This document shows, one piece after another, positions 1 through 10,266 of a stretch of 64,000 bases of DNA (its first letter is position 1; every line of letters starts with the position of its first letter). The stretch lies in NCBI GenBank assembly GCA_034432775.1, contig DAOUBH010000021.1, positions 5,396-69,395 on the forward strand, written 5' to 3'. A model generated the notes under the pieces. The model worked only from the letters and a program-made list of their open reading frames with translations. It ran no database searches and was not told the DNA's origin. The translations under genes were made by a program, and so were the position numbers. The DNA comes from Chloroflexota bacterium (GTDB lineage: Bacteria > Chloroflexota > Chloroflexia > DAOUBH01).

Positions 1-302
1 ACTTTTTACTACAGCGACATTGGGCGTGGTCACAGGTGTTGGCCCGGCTAGGGTCGGACTGTTTGCGCAAGGGGATCGGCTGCCGAAGAGACATGGTGGT
101 CACTTTCCCTGGGTCGTGGGTCGCCCCGGTGGTGTCCCATCCTCCTCCGGGCCAATGCCCTCGGTGCATCACCAGGGACCCTGTTCTACGGACATAATCT
201 ACTACCGTAATCGTGAGCGGGGTAGCCCAAGCCACTCCCAAATTCAGCTGCGTTGCGTGGCGTGCGGGGTTCTAACATCTGACGCAGGGGAAGACATAAG
301 TC

Positions 303-1166
303 ATGAACTATTATCGTTCTCTGGCTATAGGCGGTGCAATTGTTGTGGGGATCTTTGTAGTTGGTCTATTGGGTCAGGGACTGGTGGCACGGGGCGGGCT
401 CGGTGTGAACTCGGGAACTCCGGGCATGCCGACGAACAGCGCTGTTCAGGGCTCTCCTGAAAGCGCGAAGGAAACGTTGCAGGTAGCCGCGGCTGCAAAC
501 CTGCGGTCAGCCCTCGGCGAAATAGTCGATAGCTTCGAAAGGCGGACAGGCGTCAAGGTAGTGGTCACCTACGGCTCCAGCGGCCAGCTTACCCAACAGA
601 TCGAGAACGGAGCTCCCTTCGATGTCTTCATGTCGGCTGACGAGGCCTTCGTCGACAGGCTTCGGCTGGGAGGCCATACCATGCCAGGGACGGAGCATCC
701 ATATGCTAGGGGGCGGCTGGTTCTGGTTACCGCGCCCAGCTTGGCTCGCAAGCTTTCCGGCGTTTCTGACCTAACGGATGCCGACGTGCGATATATCGCC
801 GTAGCTAAGCCCGAGCTGGCACCCTACGGAAGGGCGGCCCAAGAGGCCCTGCAGGCCTCCGGGCTTTGGGATCGCTTTCAGACTAAGGTAGTCTATGCGC
901 AAAACATTGAGCAGGCGATGACGTACGTACAGAGCGGTCAGGCCGATGCGGGCTTCGTAGCCTTGTCCCTGGCCATAGGGTCGAATCTGCCCTGGGTCCT
1001 CGTGCCGCAAGAGCTGCATCGGCCGATCTACCAGGCCCTCACAGTTGTGCGGGGAACGACTCACGAGGGAGCAGCAAAGGCCTTTGTGAGCTTCGTGCTA
1101 AGCGACGAGGGACAGGATATCCTGAGGCGATATGGGTACGAATCGCCACGAGGTGAAGGGAAATGA
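303..1166 (+). CDS. modA: molybdate ABC transporter substrate-binding protein ModA
   Basis: The segment VVTYGSSGQLTQQIENGAPFDVFMSADEA is typical of the ModA/WtpA family. It has an N-terminal TM or signal segment. ATG at 303 with upstream AGGGGAAG RBS. Overlaps modB by 4 nt. Confidence 0.85.
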   Translation: MNYYRSLAIGGAIVVGIFVVGLLGQGLVARGGLGVNSGTPGMPTNSAVQGSPESAKETLQVAAAANLRSALGEIVDSFERRTGVKVVVTYGSSGQLTQQIENGAPFDVFMSADEAFVDRLRLGGHTMPGTEHPYARGRLVLVTAPSLARKLSGVSDLTDADVRYIAVAKPELAPYGRAAQEALQASGLWDRFQTKVVYAQNIEQAMTYVQSGQADAGFVALSLAIGSNLPWVLVPQELHRPIYQALTVVRGTTHEGAAKAFVSFVLSDEGQDILRRYGYESPRGEGK

Positions 1167-1828
1167 TAAACTTCGATGCCTTTCCGCTCTTTTTGTCGCT
1201 GCAGGTGGCCAGCTTGGCTACCCTGCTGAACTTGGTGCTCGGGATTGCCGTGGGGTGGTGCCTTTCGCGCCTGAGATTTCCTGGGCGGGACCTGCTGCGC
1301 ACCCTTATAGCGGCCCCGCTGGTGTTGCCACCTACCGTCTTGGGCTATTACCTTTTGGTGATCTTTGGTCGCGGGAGCTTCATTGGTCAGTTTCTGGATG
1401 CTGCTGGTATACCGCTGGTATTTACGTGGCGGGGCGCTGTCCTCGCAGCGGCAGTGGCATCGTTCCCTTTGACGGCCATGGCCAGCCTGTCGGCTATAGA
1501 GGGGGTTGACCGTCAATTGGAGTGGGCGGCCCGCACCTTAGGAAGGTCGGAAATCGAGGTATTCTGGACTGTTACGTTACCCCTTGCGTGGCGCGGCATA
1601 CTAGCTGGGGTGATGTTGGCCTTCGCCCGCGCCCTCGGCGATTTCGGAACTACGCTAATGGTTGCCGGCAGCATTCCGGGGCGTACACAGACTCTCCCTC
1701 TCGCGGTTTACGATGCGGTACAGGCCAACGACCTCGATAGAGCGGGCATTCTGGTCGCACTCCTCACGGTGGTGGCAATGGCTCTGCTGTTACTGGTGCA
1801 GAAGTTCGGGCAGCGCATGACAGTATGA
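1163..1828 (+). CDS. modB: molybdate ABC transporter permease ModB
   Basis: Polytopic membrane protein with an ABC permease EAA-like loop (ARTLGRSEIEVFWTVTLPLAWRGI). Translationally coupled to modA. No modC follows. Confidence 0.85.
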   Translation: MINFDAFPLFLSLQVASLATLLNLVLGIAVGWCLSRLRFPGRDLLRTLIAAPLVLPPTVLGYYLLVIFGRGSFIGQFLDAAGIPLVFTWRGAVLAAAVASFPLTAMASLSAIEGVDRQLEWAARTLGRSEIEVFWTVTLPLAWRGILAGVMLAFARALGDFGTTLMVAGSIPGRTQTLPLAVYDAVQANDLDRAGILVALLTVVAMALLLLVQKFGQRMTV

Positions 1829-1907
1829 AAAGGTCCTCAGGTCCGGGTCAGGCATCATCCTAAACGCCTGTGCCACGTTGCTGCTGAGCGCGGCGCCGAG
1901 AAGTCGC

Positions 1908-2576
1908 TCACGGTTGAGGGATCAGCAGGCCGTAGATAACGAAGTCCACCACCACGTTGTTAACCAAGTGATAGACAAAACATGCCCAGGTGCTCCGTGT
2001 GCTCACGTAGAGTACACCAGCGATCAATCCGAAGACAAAGGTGTAAAAGGCGAGAAAGACGCCGAAGCGCAGGTGGATGAGACCGAAGAAAGCCGACGAT
2101 ACGAGCACAGCGGCCACCGTCGATCTGAGAGCTGGGGTAAGGCGCGGAACCGCATAGCCCCGGTAGAACCCCTCTTCGAAGAAGGCAGCGCCCACAGCCC
2201 ATATTGCCACCGGAACAGTCCAGAGGCCCTGGCGCGGCCAAAAGCCCCACGACGAACCTACGGGCAGACCCAGGGCTCTAAAAATCAACGACAGTGGATA
2301 CCACAGCCCGAAGGCTATGAGCCAGAATACTAACGCCCTTAGGATTGTGCTCTGGCTCAAGCCTCCGTGGTATAGGGCCGGGAGACCTTCCAGCCTCCAA
2401 AGGATACCAAAGCCAACGAGCTGGCTTGCCGTGTAGAGTAGCAGTGTCCAGGGACTCGTCAGGTCCGCTCCAGCTATTCGGGCCGCGGCGTAGAGTCCGA
2501 GCGCGAGCAGATAGAATCCGATCAAGGCTATGAAAAGGCCTACAGACTTTTTCCAGTAGACCGTCATAGGCTCCAC
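1908..2576 (-). CDS. CPBP family intramembrane metalloprotease (CAAX protease-like)
   Basis: Multi-TM protein with the EExxxR-like motif (FFEEGFYRGY) and the FxxxH motif (SSAFFGLIHL) of the CPBP family. Confidence 0.7.
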   Translation of the reverse strand: MEPMTVYWKKSVGLFIALIGFYLLALGLYAAARIAGADLTSPWTLLLYTASQLVGFGILWRLEGLPALYHGGLSQSTILRALVFWLIAFGLWYPLSLIFRALGLPVGSSWGFWPRQGLWTVPVAIWAVGAAFFEEGFYRGYAVPRLTPALRSTVAAVLVSSAFFGLIHLRFGVFLAFYTFVFGLIAGVLYVSTRSTWACFVYHLVNNVVVDFVIYGLLIPQP

Positions 2577-2900
2577 TCATTCACCATCTTATCGCCTGCG
2601 CACGACATTTGTTTAACGGGTGCTTAGAGAATCTTAGCATCTTCTGCTTGAATGCGAGTCAAGTTCCACACTAAGATCCGCGGAAAAAGCGGCAACTACA
2701 GGAGTTCTTTCCGCGCTAGGTCTGAATCTGATGGACATCCTGCTGGATGGCGCGCGGCTAGTGGCGCCGCGGCGTTGATGCTGGGCCCAGGCCAGGCGGT
2801 TGCCCGACCTACCTGCTGTTTCCGAGGCCAATAGAACTTACGGGCGTGCAATTATGGGCATAAAGCCTGTGATCTATGGGGTTCCCCTAATAGGCATGCG

Positions 2901-2920
2901 CGTTCGGCCATGGCCGAACG
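2901..2920. repeat. 20-bp perfect palindrome CGTTCGGCCATGGCCGAACG in a gene-free region
   Basis: The sequence is its own reverse complement (checked by hand). It sits in a 1 kb stretch (2577-3613) that has no credible ORF. Confidence 0.5.
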
Positions 2921-3082
2921 AACGGGCGAGCAATCGATAGCTCTTGCTTGGTTCGGCAAAACCATCCGCTGCTTGTCAGGCCTGCCGGTTCCACGGCTAC
3001 GGTTGGAGCAGAGTTCGTGTAACTCCTCAAGCCCTTGATCCGACAGGGTTTCAAAGAAAGACCTCAGGTTGCCATCTGGCCT

Positions 3083-3098
3083 TTGGCTGCGCGAGCAG
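3083..3098 (-). repeat. Direct repeat of the tRNA-Asn 3' end (candidate att remnant)
   Basis: TGGCTGCGCGAGCAGG matches 16 of 17 nt to the tRNA 3' terminus TGGCTCCGCGAGCAGGA at 5691-5707. Same orientation, and it starts exactly at the CCA complement. Confidence 0.45.
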
Positions 3099-3613
3099 GG
3101 ACGAGGTTCCTCACCTCCTCACTTCAGCTTTGCGTCCCTCAACGGCCTAGCTCCTTCACGGTCTTATCCAAAGCGGGGACCGAGATTGGGCAACGGTGTA
3201 GCGTGTATCGACCTAGTTCGCCTGACGATTCGAGTTAAGGAAGACCGGCCGGTCCACACCACGTTCGTTGCTGCATGGCTATGGGTCTGAGGAACCATTC
3301 TGACGTGGGCATTGAGACTGAGGAACTGGGCGAGCAGCTGCTCTATCAGGGGCACATCGCCACCTTTAGTGGACGACTACGCGAGCTTCGGCTAGCAACG
3401 TATGGTCTAAAGGCAGAGGTTTTGACGTATACCCGCAAAGCGTCGCGATGCCAAGCCAAACTAATGCTTCTGCGCGGCGACAGACATTCTCGATCACTAC
3501 CTAACGGACGCCCCGATGCCCTGAGGCCCTGGCAGAGATGTGTCCTACGGGATCCCAGCCGCATGGCGGAATGTGAGCCTTTACCGGTGTTTCGCTATTC
3601 TCCGTCAGGGAGC

Positions 3614-4864
3614 CTACTGAACGCTTTGCCTGGCCGCTCCACTACGGCAAAGTAGCCGAGGTCGCTGGCGGACCCAGCGCTCGATGGGCTCAATGGTGCG
3701 GGAAACAAGGGGATTGATGGCGATGGAAACAAGTGCTGCAGCAAGGATTAAGCTATATCCCTCCTCTGGTAGCAACCCAAGCCTGCGTCCAAACTCGGCT
3801 AGGATGAAGGAGAATTCACCTATCTGTGCCAGGCCTGCAGCGACGGTCAGACCCGTACGCAGTGGGTAACCGAGAATAGATACAGCAGCTAGGGCCACGA
3901 GCCCTTTTCCGAGGATAATTACGGCCAGGATGGCTAGCAAGTTGCCAGGCGACGCGAGCAGATACCATGGATCGAACAACATTCCCACGGAAACGAAGAA
4001 GAGCACTGCAAATGCATCGCGCAACGGCAGCACCTCAGTGGCCGTACGGTGGCTGAGGTCGGATTCGCTCATGACCACACCGGCCAGAAAGGCGCCGAGC
4101 GCGAGGGAAGCACCGAAAAGCGCCGCGGATGCGAATGCCACTCCTATGGCTAGCGCCAACGCTGCCAAGGTGAAAAGTTCTCGGGAACCTGTGTAGGCGA
4201 CTTGTGCTAATAGCCATGGGACAACTCTAGATCCGATAAACAGGACCCCTGCGGCAAGAAGGCCTATTTTCACGACGCCAATGAATAATGTCACAACGAC
4301 AGGTACAACGCCTGTAAGGGACTGGTTACCCTTCGCCCCTAGGACGAGGGCGAGTTCGGGTAGGAGCATCAGAATGAGAACCGTGAAAACATCCTCTACT
4401 ACAAGCCAGCCCACCGCGGCCCGGCCGTGCTCCGAACTGAATGCGTCTCTCTCCATCAGTGCGCGCAACAAGACCACGGTGCTTGCCACCGAGATGGCCA
4501 TGCCGAGCACCAAGCCGGCACCAAGATTCCATCCCCAACTTAGGGCAATCGTAGTGCCGAGGGCTGCGGTTATGGCGGTTTGGGTGATTGCCCCAGGCAG
4601 CGCGACCCTGCGCACGACCAGCAAATCGCGCGGGGAAAAATGGATTCCTATCCCAAACATCAGTAAGATCACGCCAATTTTGGCCAGCTCGTGGGCGACC
4701 TCGACATTGGCAACGAAGCCCGGAGTGAAAGGGCCCACCGCAACTCCTGCAAGCAGATAGCCGACGAGGGCAGGAAGGCGTAGGCGAGTGGCGATAAATC
4801 CGCCTACGAAGGCACTCACCAGCCCTATCGTCAGAGTAGCAATTAGCCCATCGAGAGTGATCAT
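3614..4864 (-). CDS. cation:proton antiporter (CPA1/CPA2 superfamily, Kef/NhaP-like membrane domain only)
   Basis: 416 aa with 12-13 predicted TM helices. N-terminus LAGVAVGPFTPGF is typical of monovalent cation:proton antiporters. No C-terminal KTN/TrkA domain. Confidence 0.75.
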   Translation of the reverse strand: MITLDGLIATLTIGLVSAFVGGFIATRLRLPALVGYLLAGVAVGPFTPGFVANVEVAHELAKIGVILLMFGIGIHFSPRDLLVVRRVALPGAITQTAITAALGTTIALSWGWNLGAGLVLGMAISVASTVVLLRALMERDAFSSEHGRAAVGWLVVEDVFTVLILMLLPELALVLGAKGNQSLTGVVPVVVTLFIGVVKIGLLAAGVLFIGSRVVPWLLAQVAYTGSRELFTLAALALAIGVAFASAALFGASLALGAFLAGVVMSESDLSHRTATEVLPLRDAFAVLFFVSVGMLFDPWYLLASPGNLLAILAVIILGKGLVALAAVSILGYPLRTGLTVAAGLAQIGEFSFILAEFGRRLGLLPEEGYSLILAAALVSIAINPLVSRTIEPIERWVRQRPRLLCRSGAARQSVQ

Positions 4865-5690
4865 CCTGGGGTCGTTATCTCACTCACAACTATCTTTACC
4901 TCTGCGATTGTATTCTAGGTTCCCAATACTCGGGGAAGCAACTCGGGTTCATCCTGTAGGTCGCGTATCTTTGCTGCCTGTGGTGTGAGGTGGGTTCTAT
5001 TGCGTTGAACCTTCCCTCCAAGGTTGGGCAGCCCCCGAACCTCGATACCGCTGGCCCATCATGGCAGATACATCCGAAGAGTAGCTGTTAGGTCCCTTTA
5101 AATGATCCCTCGTTTGCGTACGGCCCTGTTGCCCAGAAGGGACTCTGAGGCGGGTCGCGTCACAATTCGCTGTACTACTGCCCTGGAGCCTTAAGCAGCC
5201 CAGATGGTAACTGGCATTCACTCCAGGCCCATCCTCGACTAGTAATTCACAGCAAAGAGCGCGGATAAGAATCATGGTGGGCTCATTGCTGCTCACATCT
5301 AACTACGAGCTTTAGGGGGACAGCTAGGTATCTAGGTAAGAATCGACGCCGAGCTTAGCGTTACGTCATGAGCCTTAGCAACGACCCTTATCTGCGGGGA
5401 AGAAACACACATATGGGCTTACTGGTGCGCTCTGTAACTTCTACCGTCATCTCACTGGAACGGGCCGCAGTGGCAAACGGTTATCCATCTGCCACGGTCT
5501 TTCATGGGTGGTCAGCCACAAAGGGTGTCGGCCGGGCCAAACTCTCTCCGGATGCATTTTGCCTGCCCTGCGACCCGCCTCATTACAGTACCGGTCTGCA
5601 AAACCCTTGAGCAAGGTTTAGTCTAGTACGGTGATGCCTACGATACCCTGTGGGTATCAACAGCTTGGGGTTTGCTGAAAGACTAACCGC

Positions 5691-5765
5691 TGGCTCCGCG
5701 AGCAGGATTCGAACCTGCAACCCGCCGGTTAACAGCCGGCCGCTCTACCGTTGAGCTATCGCGGA
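5691..5765 (-). tRNA. tRNA-Asn (anticodon GTT)
   Basis: The minus-strand sequence UCCGCGAUAGCUCAACGGUAGAGCGGCCGGCUGUUAACCGGCGGGUUGCAGGUUCGAAUCCUGCUCGCGGAGCCA folds as a cloverleaf. Anticodon loop is CUGUUAA and the T-loop GGUUCGAAUCC. CCA is encoded. The 5' U matches bacterial tRNA-Asn. Confidence 0.9.
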
Positions 5766-5882
5766 ACATCTCTGTTTAAGATGATACCAGAAGGGTGGAG
5801 CTATCGCAAACACGGGATCCTCTATCAGGCCCAGAGAGTTACAGGTTGCCCTCCATGCGAGCGTATGCAAATCCATCGACTC

Positions 5883-7409
5883 TCATACAATGCCCAGGTA
5901 AACGCGGCGCACCTGTTCGTTGCGGGCCAGGTTGTCGGCGATATCGCTGAGAACTATCTCACCTGTCTGAAGCACGTAGCCGCGGTCTGCAACCGAGAGG
6001 GCCATCCGGGCGTTCTGCTCCACCAGCAGGATGGTGGTGCCAGCCTGGTGCAGCTGCCCAATGGTGCTGAATATGTTTTCGACCAGAACCGGCGCGAGGC
6101 CCATGGAAGGTTCGTCCAAGAGCAGAACCTTGGGATCAGACATAAGAGCTCGGCCTATGGCCAACATTTGCTGCTCGCCGCCGCTCAAAGTCCCTGCCAC
6201 CTGGTTTCTACGCTCCGCTAGGCGCGGGAAGAGGCCAAAGACGAATTTTAGTTTTTCACGAACCCGTTCCCGGTTCTTCACAGTTATCGCTCCCATCTCC
6301 AGGTTCTCCAGAACGGTGAGCTGGTTAAATATGCGCCGCCCTTCTGGCACGTGGACTACACCCCTGGAGACGATCTGATGGGGCAGCTCGTGGGTTATGT
6401 CGTGGCCGCCCAGAGTGATACGCCCCTGGCGCGCCCTCACCAGTCCCGATATTGTCCGGAGGGTAGTGGTCTTACCAGCTCCGTTGGCGCCTATCAGAGT
6501 TACAACTTCACCTTCGCCCACAGACAGGGATATCCCCTTCAGTACATGTATATTGCCGTAATAGCTGTGCACATTCTCCAGCTCGACAATTGTGGGGCCT
6601 GCAGCGCGAGCTGGCCTCGTTGTGTGAAACGGCTCCATGGAAGTAGCTGCTCCCCTCCCAAGATATGCCTCGATCACCCTAGGGTCCTGCTGCACCTCTC
6701 TTGGTGTCCCCTCAGAAATTTTCTCTCCGAAGTCCAGAACTGTCACACGGTCCGATATACTCATGACCACCCGCATTTCGTGCTCGATAAGCACCACAGT
6801 CAAGCCGAGCTCATCCCTTAGTCTACGGATGAACCTCATCATGTCTTCCTTTTCGGCCGGGTTCATGCCAGCAGTAGGCTCATCCAAAAGGATCAATCGG
6901 GGGCTCATAGCCAAGGCACGGGCGATCTCGAGCTTTCTCTGCTCTCCATATGGGAGACTCTTGGCCAGGTAGTCACCTCTGCCCACTAGGCCCACAAATC
7001 TCAGGAGCCTGTGGGCTTCGTCGAGTGCTCTCCGTTCTTCGCTCACAGTGCCCGGTGGCCGTATGACCGCTCCCGCTAGGCCGGACCTCAGGCGCAGATG
7101 CTCCCCCACGAGGATGTTTTCGATCACGGTCATGTTGTTGAACAACCGGATGTTCTGGTACGTGCGGGCTATGCCCAACGCTGCCACACGCTCGGGGCCG
7201 AGGCCCACCAGCGAATGTCCGTCGAAGAGAACCTCGCCCTCTTCTGGCTTGTAGAAGCCCACAATGCAGTTAAAGAGAGTGGTCTTCCCCGCGCCATTGG
7301 GCCCAATAACGCTGTGAATGCTGTTTTCTTCCACCTCCAGTTCGAGGTTTCGTAAGGCCGTCAATCCACCGAAACGTTTCGTCAGGCCCCTGACTGTCAG
7401 GATCGGCAT
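5883..7409 (-). CDS. ABC transporter ATP-binding protein, fused LivG-LivF (two nucleotide-binding domains)
   Basis: Two Walker A motifs (GPNGAGKTT and GANGAGKTT) and two signature motifs (YGEQRKLEIARAL and LSGGEQQMLAIGRAL). N-half is LivG-like and C-half LivF-like. Confidence 0.85.
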   Translation of the reverse strand: MPILTVRGLTKRFGGLTALRNLELEVEENSIHSVIGPNGAGKTTLFNCIVGFYKPEEGEVLFDGHSLVGLGPERVAALGIARTYQNIRLFNNMTVIENILVGEHLRLRSGLAGAVIRPPGTVSEERRALDEAHRLLRFVGLVGRGDYLAKSLPYGEQRKLEIARALAMSPRLILLDEPTAGMNPAEKEDMMRFIRRLRDELGLTVVLIEHEMRVVMSISDRVTVLDFGEKISEGTPREVQQDPRVIEAYLGRGAATSMEPFHTTRPARAAGPTIVELENVHSYYGNIHVLKGISLSVGEGEVVTLIGANGAGKTTTLRTISGLVRARQGRITLGGHDITHELPHQIVSRGVVHVPEGRRIFNQLTVLENLEMGAITVKNRERVREKLKFVFGLFPRLAERRNQVAGTLSGGEQQMLAIGRALMSDPKVLLLDEPSMGLAPVLVENIFSTIGQLHQAGTTILLVEQNARMALSVADRGYVLQTGEIVLSDIADNLARNEQVRRVYLGIV

Positions 7410-9118
7410 TACTTCAGCCCTCCCCGAGCCACTTCCGCAGGCTGTACTGTCGCTGCCTTTTCTGCTTCGTGGAGCTCACGTTTCCTTGTTACCTCGGGCC
7501 ACAGGCCCTCCGGACGTCTGAGCATCATGAATACCAGAGCGGCTCCGTAGACCAAGAGTCTATATTCGGCGAATTCCCTCAGTAGTTCTGGCAGCCCAAC
7601 CAGCGCTAGGGCGCCCACCACCACCCCTGGAATGCTTCCCATGCCACCTACGATGATGAGGGACAGTACATTGATGGAAACCAGCACGCTGAAGCTGTGA
7701 GGGTACGCCGAGGTGAGTTTGGCAGCAAAGATAGCACCACTGAGGCCGGAGAAGGCAGCTCCTGTGGCAAAGGCCAGCAGCTTGGCCCTTACGAGATTGA
7801 TGCCCGTAGCTTGGGCCACGTCTTCGTCTTCACGCATGGCCATCCAGGCTCGACCCAGTCGGGAGTCTTTCAATCGCACGCTAATGAAGGCGGCCAATAG
7901 CACTGCCACCAGTATCAAGTAGTAAAGGGACTGGGGTGTGCTCAGCTCAAAGCTGCCGATAGTGGCACGGGCGATGCGCTGTATCCCCTGGGCACCCCCG
8001 GTAAAAGGCCTTAGCCAATCGGAAATGGCCAATATGCGGATGATCTCGCCGAACCCCAAGGTGACGATGGCCAGGTAATCGCCTCTCATCTTTAGCACCG
8101 GGATTCCCAAAAGGATCCCTGCCAGTACCGCAGTGGCCACCGCAATGGGAAGCGCTTCCCAGAAGGTTAGGTTGAAAAAACCTCGTTCAGGCGAGGTCAG
8201 TATCCCCATGGCGTAAGCGCCAATGGCGAAGAAAGCTACGTAGCCAAGGTCCAGCATGCCCGCAAAACCTACTACTATATTGAGTCCCAGACCCATGAGG
8301 ACGTATAGCCCAACTGTGGTGAAGACCTCGCTGGGGTACGAACCAACGATCGCAGGCAGGAAAGCCAGCAGTGCCAGCCCCAGAAGGAGGGATGCTACGC
8401 GCAGCGTAGTGCGACCTCGGGGCGGCATTCGTATAACAGCCTCTCTAAAGGCTACCCGCTGCCTGGACAAAACGTAGGCCCCTACTCCCCCAATGGCCCA
8501 AATCAAAATTGCGCCCCGTATCGTTAGCCCGCTCTGGGCAAAGAGCAGATCGTTTATGACGCTAAATGGGCCCCATGCCGCGAATATGATGGTCAATAGG
8601 TCCCTGAGAATACCGAAGAGGGCCATCCACGCGAAGCCGGTGAAGAGGGACCTTCGTATCTCCGAGGGTAAAAGCGCCGGAAACGCACCTATGCCAGCCA
8701 AGCCCACAGTTAGCCCCCAGAGGTAGAGAAGCCCCTGCGGAGCCGGTCGGCCAAAGGTCAAAAGTTGAAACAGGGCGGGGGATGCATTGGTGAACACGGA
8801 CCTGAGGTTCACAGTGGTGCCGACGACGACCAGGGCGACCAGAACTAGCCCGCCTGCAGCGCCCGCTGCACCACTAAGGGCAACGGAGATCCATGGGATT
8901 CTTGCCTCAGATGCTGTTCCGAGAGAAGCCGCCTGCACGCGGTACTTTGCTGCCATGTAACCACCAAGGACAACGGGCGCAAAGGCCAAAAGTTGCCCCA
9001 AGGTGAAGATGCCGCTGACGACGAAACGTTGCCCGAAGGCTTCCATCATGCCTACCAGGCATATGAGCACGGAAACCAGTCCAGCTACCAGTCCTGTGGT
9101 CAGGAACTCCAGTCGCAA
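7409..9118 (-). CDS. branched-chain amino acid ABC transporter permease LivM-like with a ~240-aa N-terminal extra membrane domain
   Basis: C-terminal ~330 aa are LivM-like, with a DLGYVAFFAIGAY core. N-terminal ~240 aa add ~6 predicted TM helices of unknown homology. Confidence 0.8.
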   Translation of the reverse strand: MRLEFLTTGLVAGLVSVLICLVGMMEAFGQRFVVSGIFTLGQLLAFAPVVLGGYMAAKYRVQAASLGTASEARIPWISVALSGAAGAAGGLVLVALVVVGTTVNLRSVFTNASPALFQLLTFGRPAPQGLLYLWGLTVGLAGIGAFPALLPSEIRRSLFTGFAWMALFGILRDLLTIIFAAWGPFSVINDLLFAQSGLTIRGAILIWAIGGVGAYVLSRQRVAFREAVIRMPPRGRTTLRVASLLLGLALLAFLPAIVGSYPSEVFTTVGLYVLMGLGLNIVVGFAGMLDLGYVAFFAIGAYAMGILTSPERGFFNLTFWEALPIAVATAVLAGILLGIPVLKMRGDYLAIVTLGFGEIIRILAISDWLRPFTGGAQGIQRIARATIGSFELSTPQSLYYLILVAVLLAAFISVRLKDSRLGRAWMAMREDEDVAQATGINLVRAKLLAFATGAAFSGLSGAIFAAKLTSAYPHSFSVLVSINVLSLIIVGGMGSIPGVVVGALALVGLPELLREFAEYRLLVYGAALVFMMLRRPEGLWPEVTRKRELHEAEKAATVQPAEVARGGLK

Positions 9119-9132
9119 CGCCCCTTCCTTTC

Positions 9133-10191
9133 TTAAGCCTTTTTTGCCGCTAGACGTTCACCAAGTATGCCTGTGGGTCTGAAAATTAGCACCAGCACCA
9201 GCATGGTGAAGGCGATAGCGTCCTTTAGTTGGTAAGACGCTGTAATGCCGAGACCTTCAAGGAACAGCGATGGACCCAAGGACTCTATGACTCCAAGGAA
9301 AAGGCCTCCCAACATGGCTCCCGGAATATTCCCTATTCCTCCCAACACAGCGGCAGTGAATGCTTTGATCCCTGGAATAAAGCCCATGAAAAAGTGGACT
9401 TGCTTGAAGGTGAGGGCATAAAGTACTCCAGCAAACCCGGCCAACGCTCCACCTACCATGAAGGTTGTTACAATGACCTTGTCCACATCGGTGCCCATCA
9501 GGGCTGCTGCCTCTCTATCCTCAGCAACGGCCCTCATAGCACGGCCCATGGAGGTCCACTGAACGAAAGCCCAGAGAAAGGCCATCATCAGGGCCGCGGC
9601 TACTATCACGATTAGCTGGATCTTTATGATACGTACATCCCCAAGGAAGATGTCACCTCGGAGAATGTCCACATCGGGGTATGCCTTGATCCCGGAACCG
9701 TAGAGGCCCCTGAAGGTGTACTGCAAGAAGAAAGAGGCACCAATGGCGGTTATTAGCGGAACTAAACGAGGCGCGTTCCTCAACGGCCGGTAGGCTATGC
9801 GCTCCAGGAGCACAGCCACCGTAGTGGAGACCGCCATGGATGTGAGGAAGACGATGATCAAGGCAGCTATAGGGTTGGAGTTGAGGAAACCTGATTTAGC
9901 AAAGGCATCGGCCACGAAGTAGGCAGTGAACGGCCCACTCATGAACACTTCGCTGTGGGCGAAGTTTATCATCTTGAGGATGCCGTACACCATAGTGTAG
10001 CCCAGAGCTATCAAAGCATAGATGCTGCCCTGCGCTATACCGAAGATCACAAGCTCGGCCCACTGTTTGCCGGTATACCGGGCCACCATGAGGGTCGATA
10101 TGGTGCCCGCCAGGGCCCCAGCGGCAATGGCAAGCCCTATCAGCCACATTACCAGATCAGTGGCTGTTACGCGCTCTCTAAGTCTCTGCAA
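9133..10191 (-). CDS. branched-chain amino acid ABC transporter permease LivH-like
   Basis: The IYALIALGYTMVYGILKMINFAHSE motif is conserved in the LivH/BPD_transp_2 family. True start may be the internal Met at 10089. Confidence 0.8.
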   Translation of the reverse strand: MQRLRERVTATDLVMWLIGLAIAAGALAGTISTLMVARYTGKQWAELVIFGIAQGSIYALIALGYTMVYGILKMINFAHSEVFMSGPFTAYFVADAFAKSGFLNSNPIAALIIVFLTSMAVSTTVAVLLERIAYRPLRNAPRLVPLITAIGASFFLQYTFRGLYGSGIKAYPDVDILRGDIFLGDVRIIKIQLIVIVAAALMMAFLWAFVQWTSMGRAMRAVAEDREAAALMGTDVDKVIVTTFMVGGALAGFAGVLYALTFKQVHFFMGFIPGIKAFTAAVLGGIGNIPGAMLGGLFLGVIESLGPSLFLEGLGITASYQLKDAIAFTMLVLVLIFRPTGILGERLAAKKA

Positions 10192-10266
10192 GGCCTTCCC
10201 CCTGTCCTTCAGCGGGGTGTCTGGCGGAAACTCCGCCAGACACCCTCGGTGTTGTTCCCACTGCCT

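Noticed and set aside
20-460. 146-aa ORF at the window start
   Set aside because: It overlaps the modA start in another frame. It is Gly/Arg/Ser-rich and low-complexity with no family resemblance.
2577-5690. CRISPR array, transposase or integrase associated with the putative islet
   Set aside because: There are no spaced direct repeats. There are no ORFs with DDE/tyrosine-recombinase motifs. The islet, if real, is decayed.
5751-6221. 156-aa plus-strand ORF
   Set aside because: It overlaps the tRNA-Asn gene and is antisense to the fused LivG/F ATPase gene.
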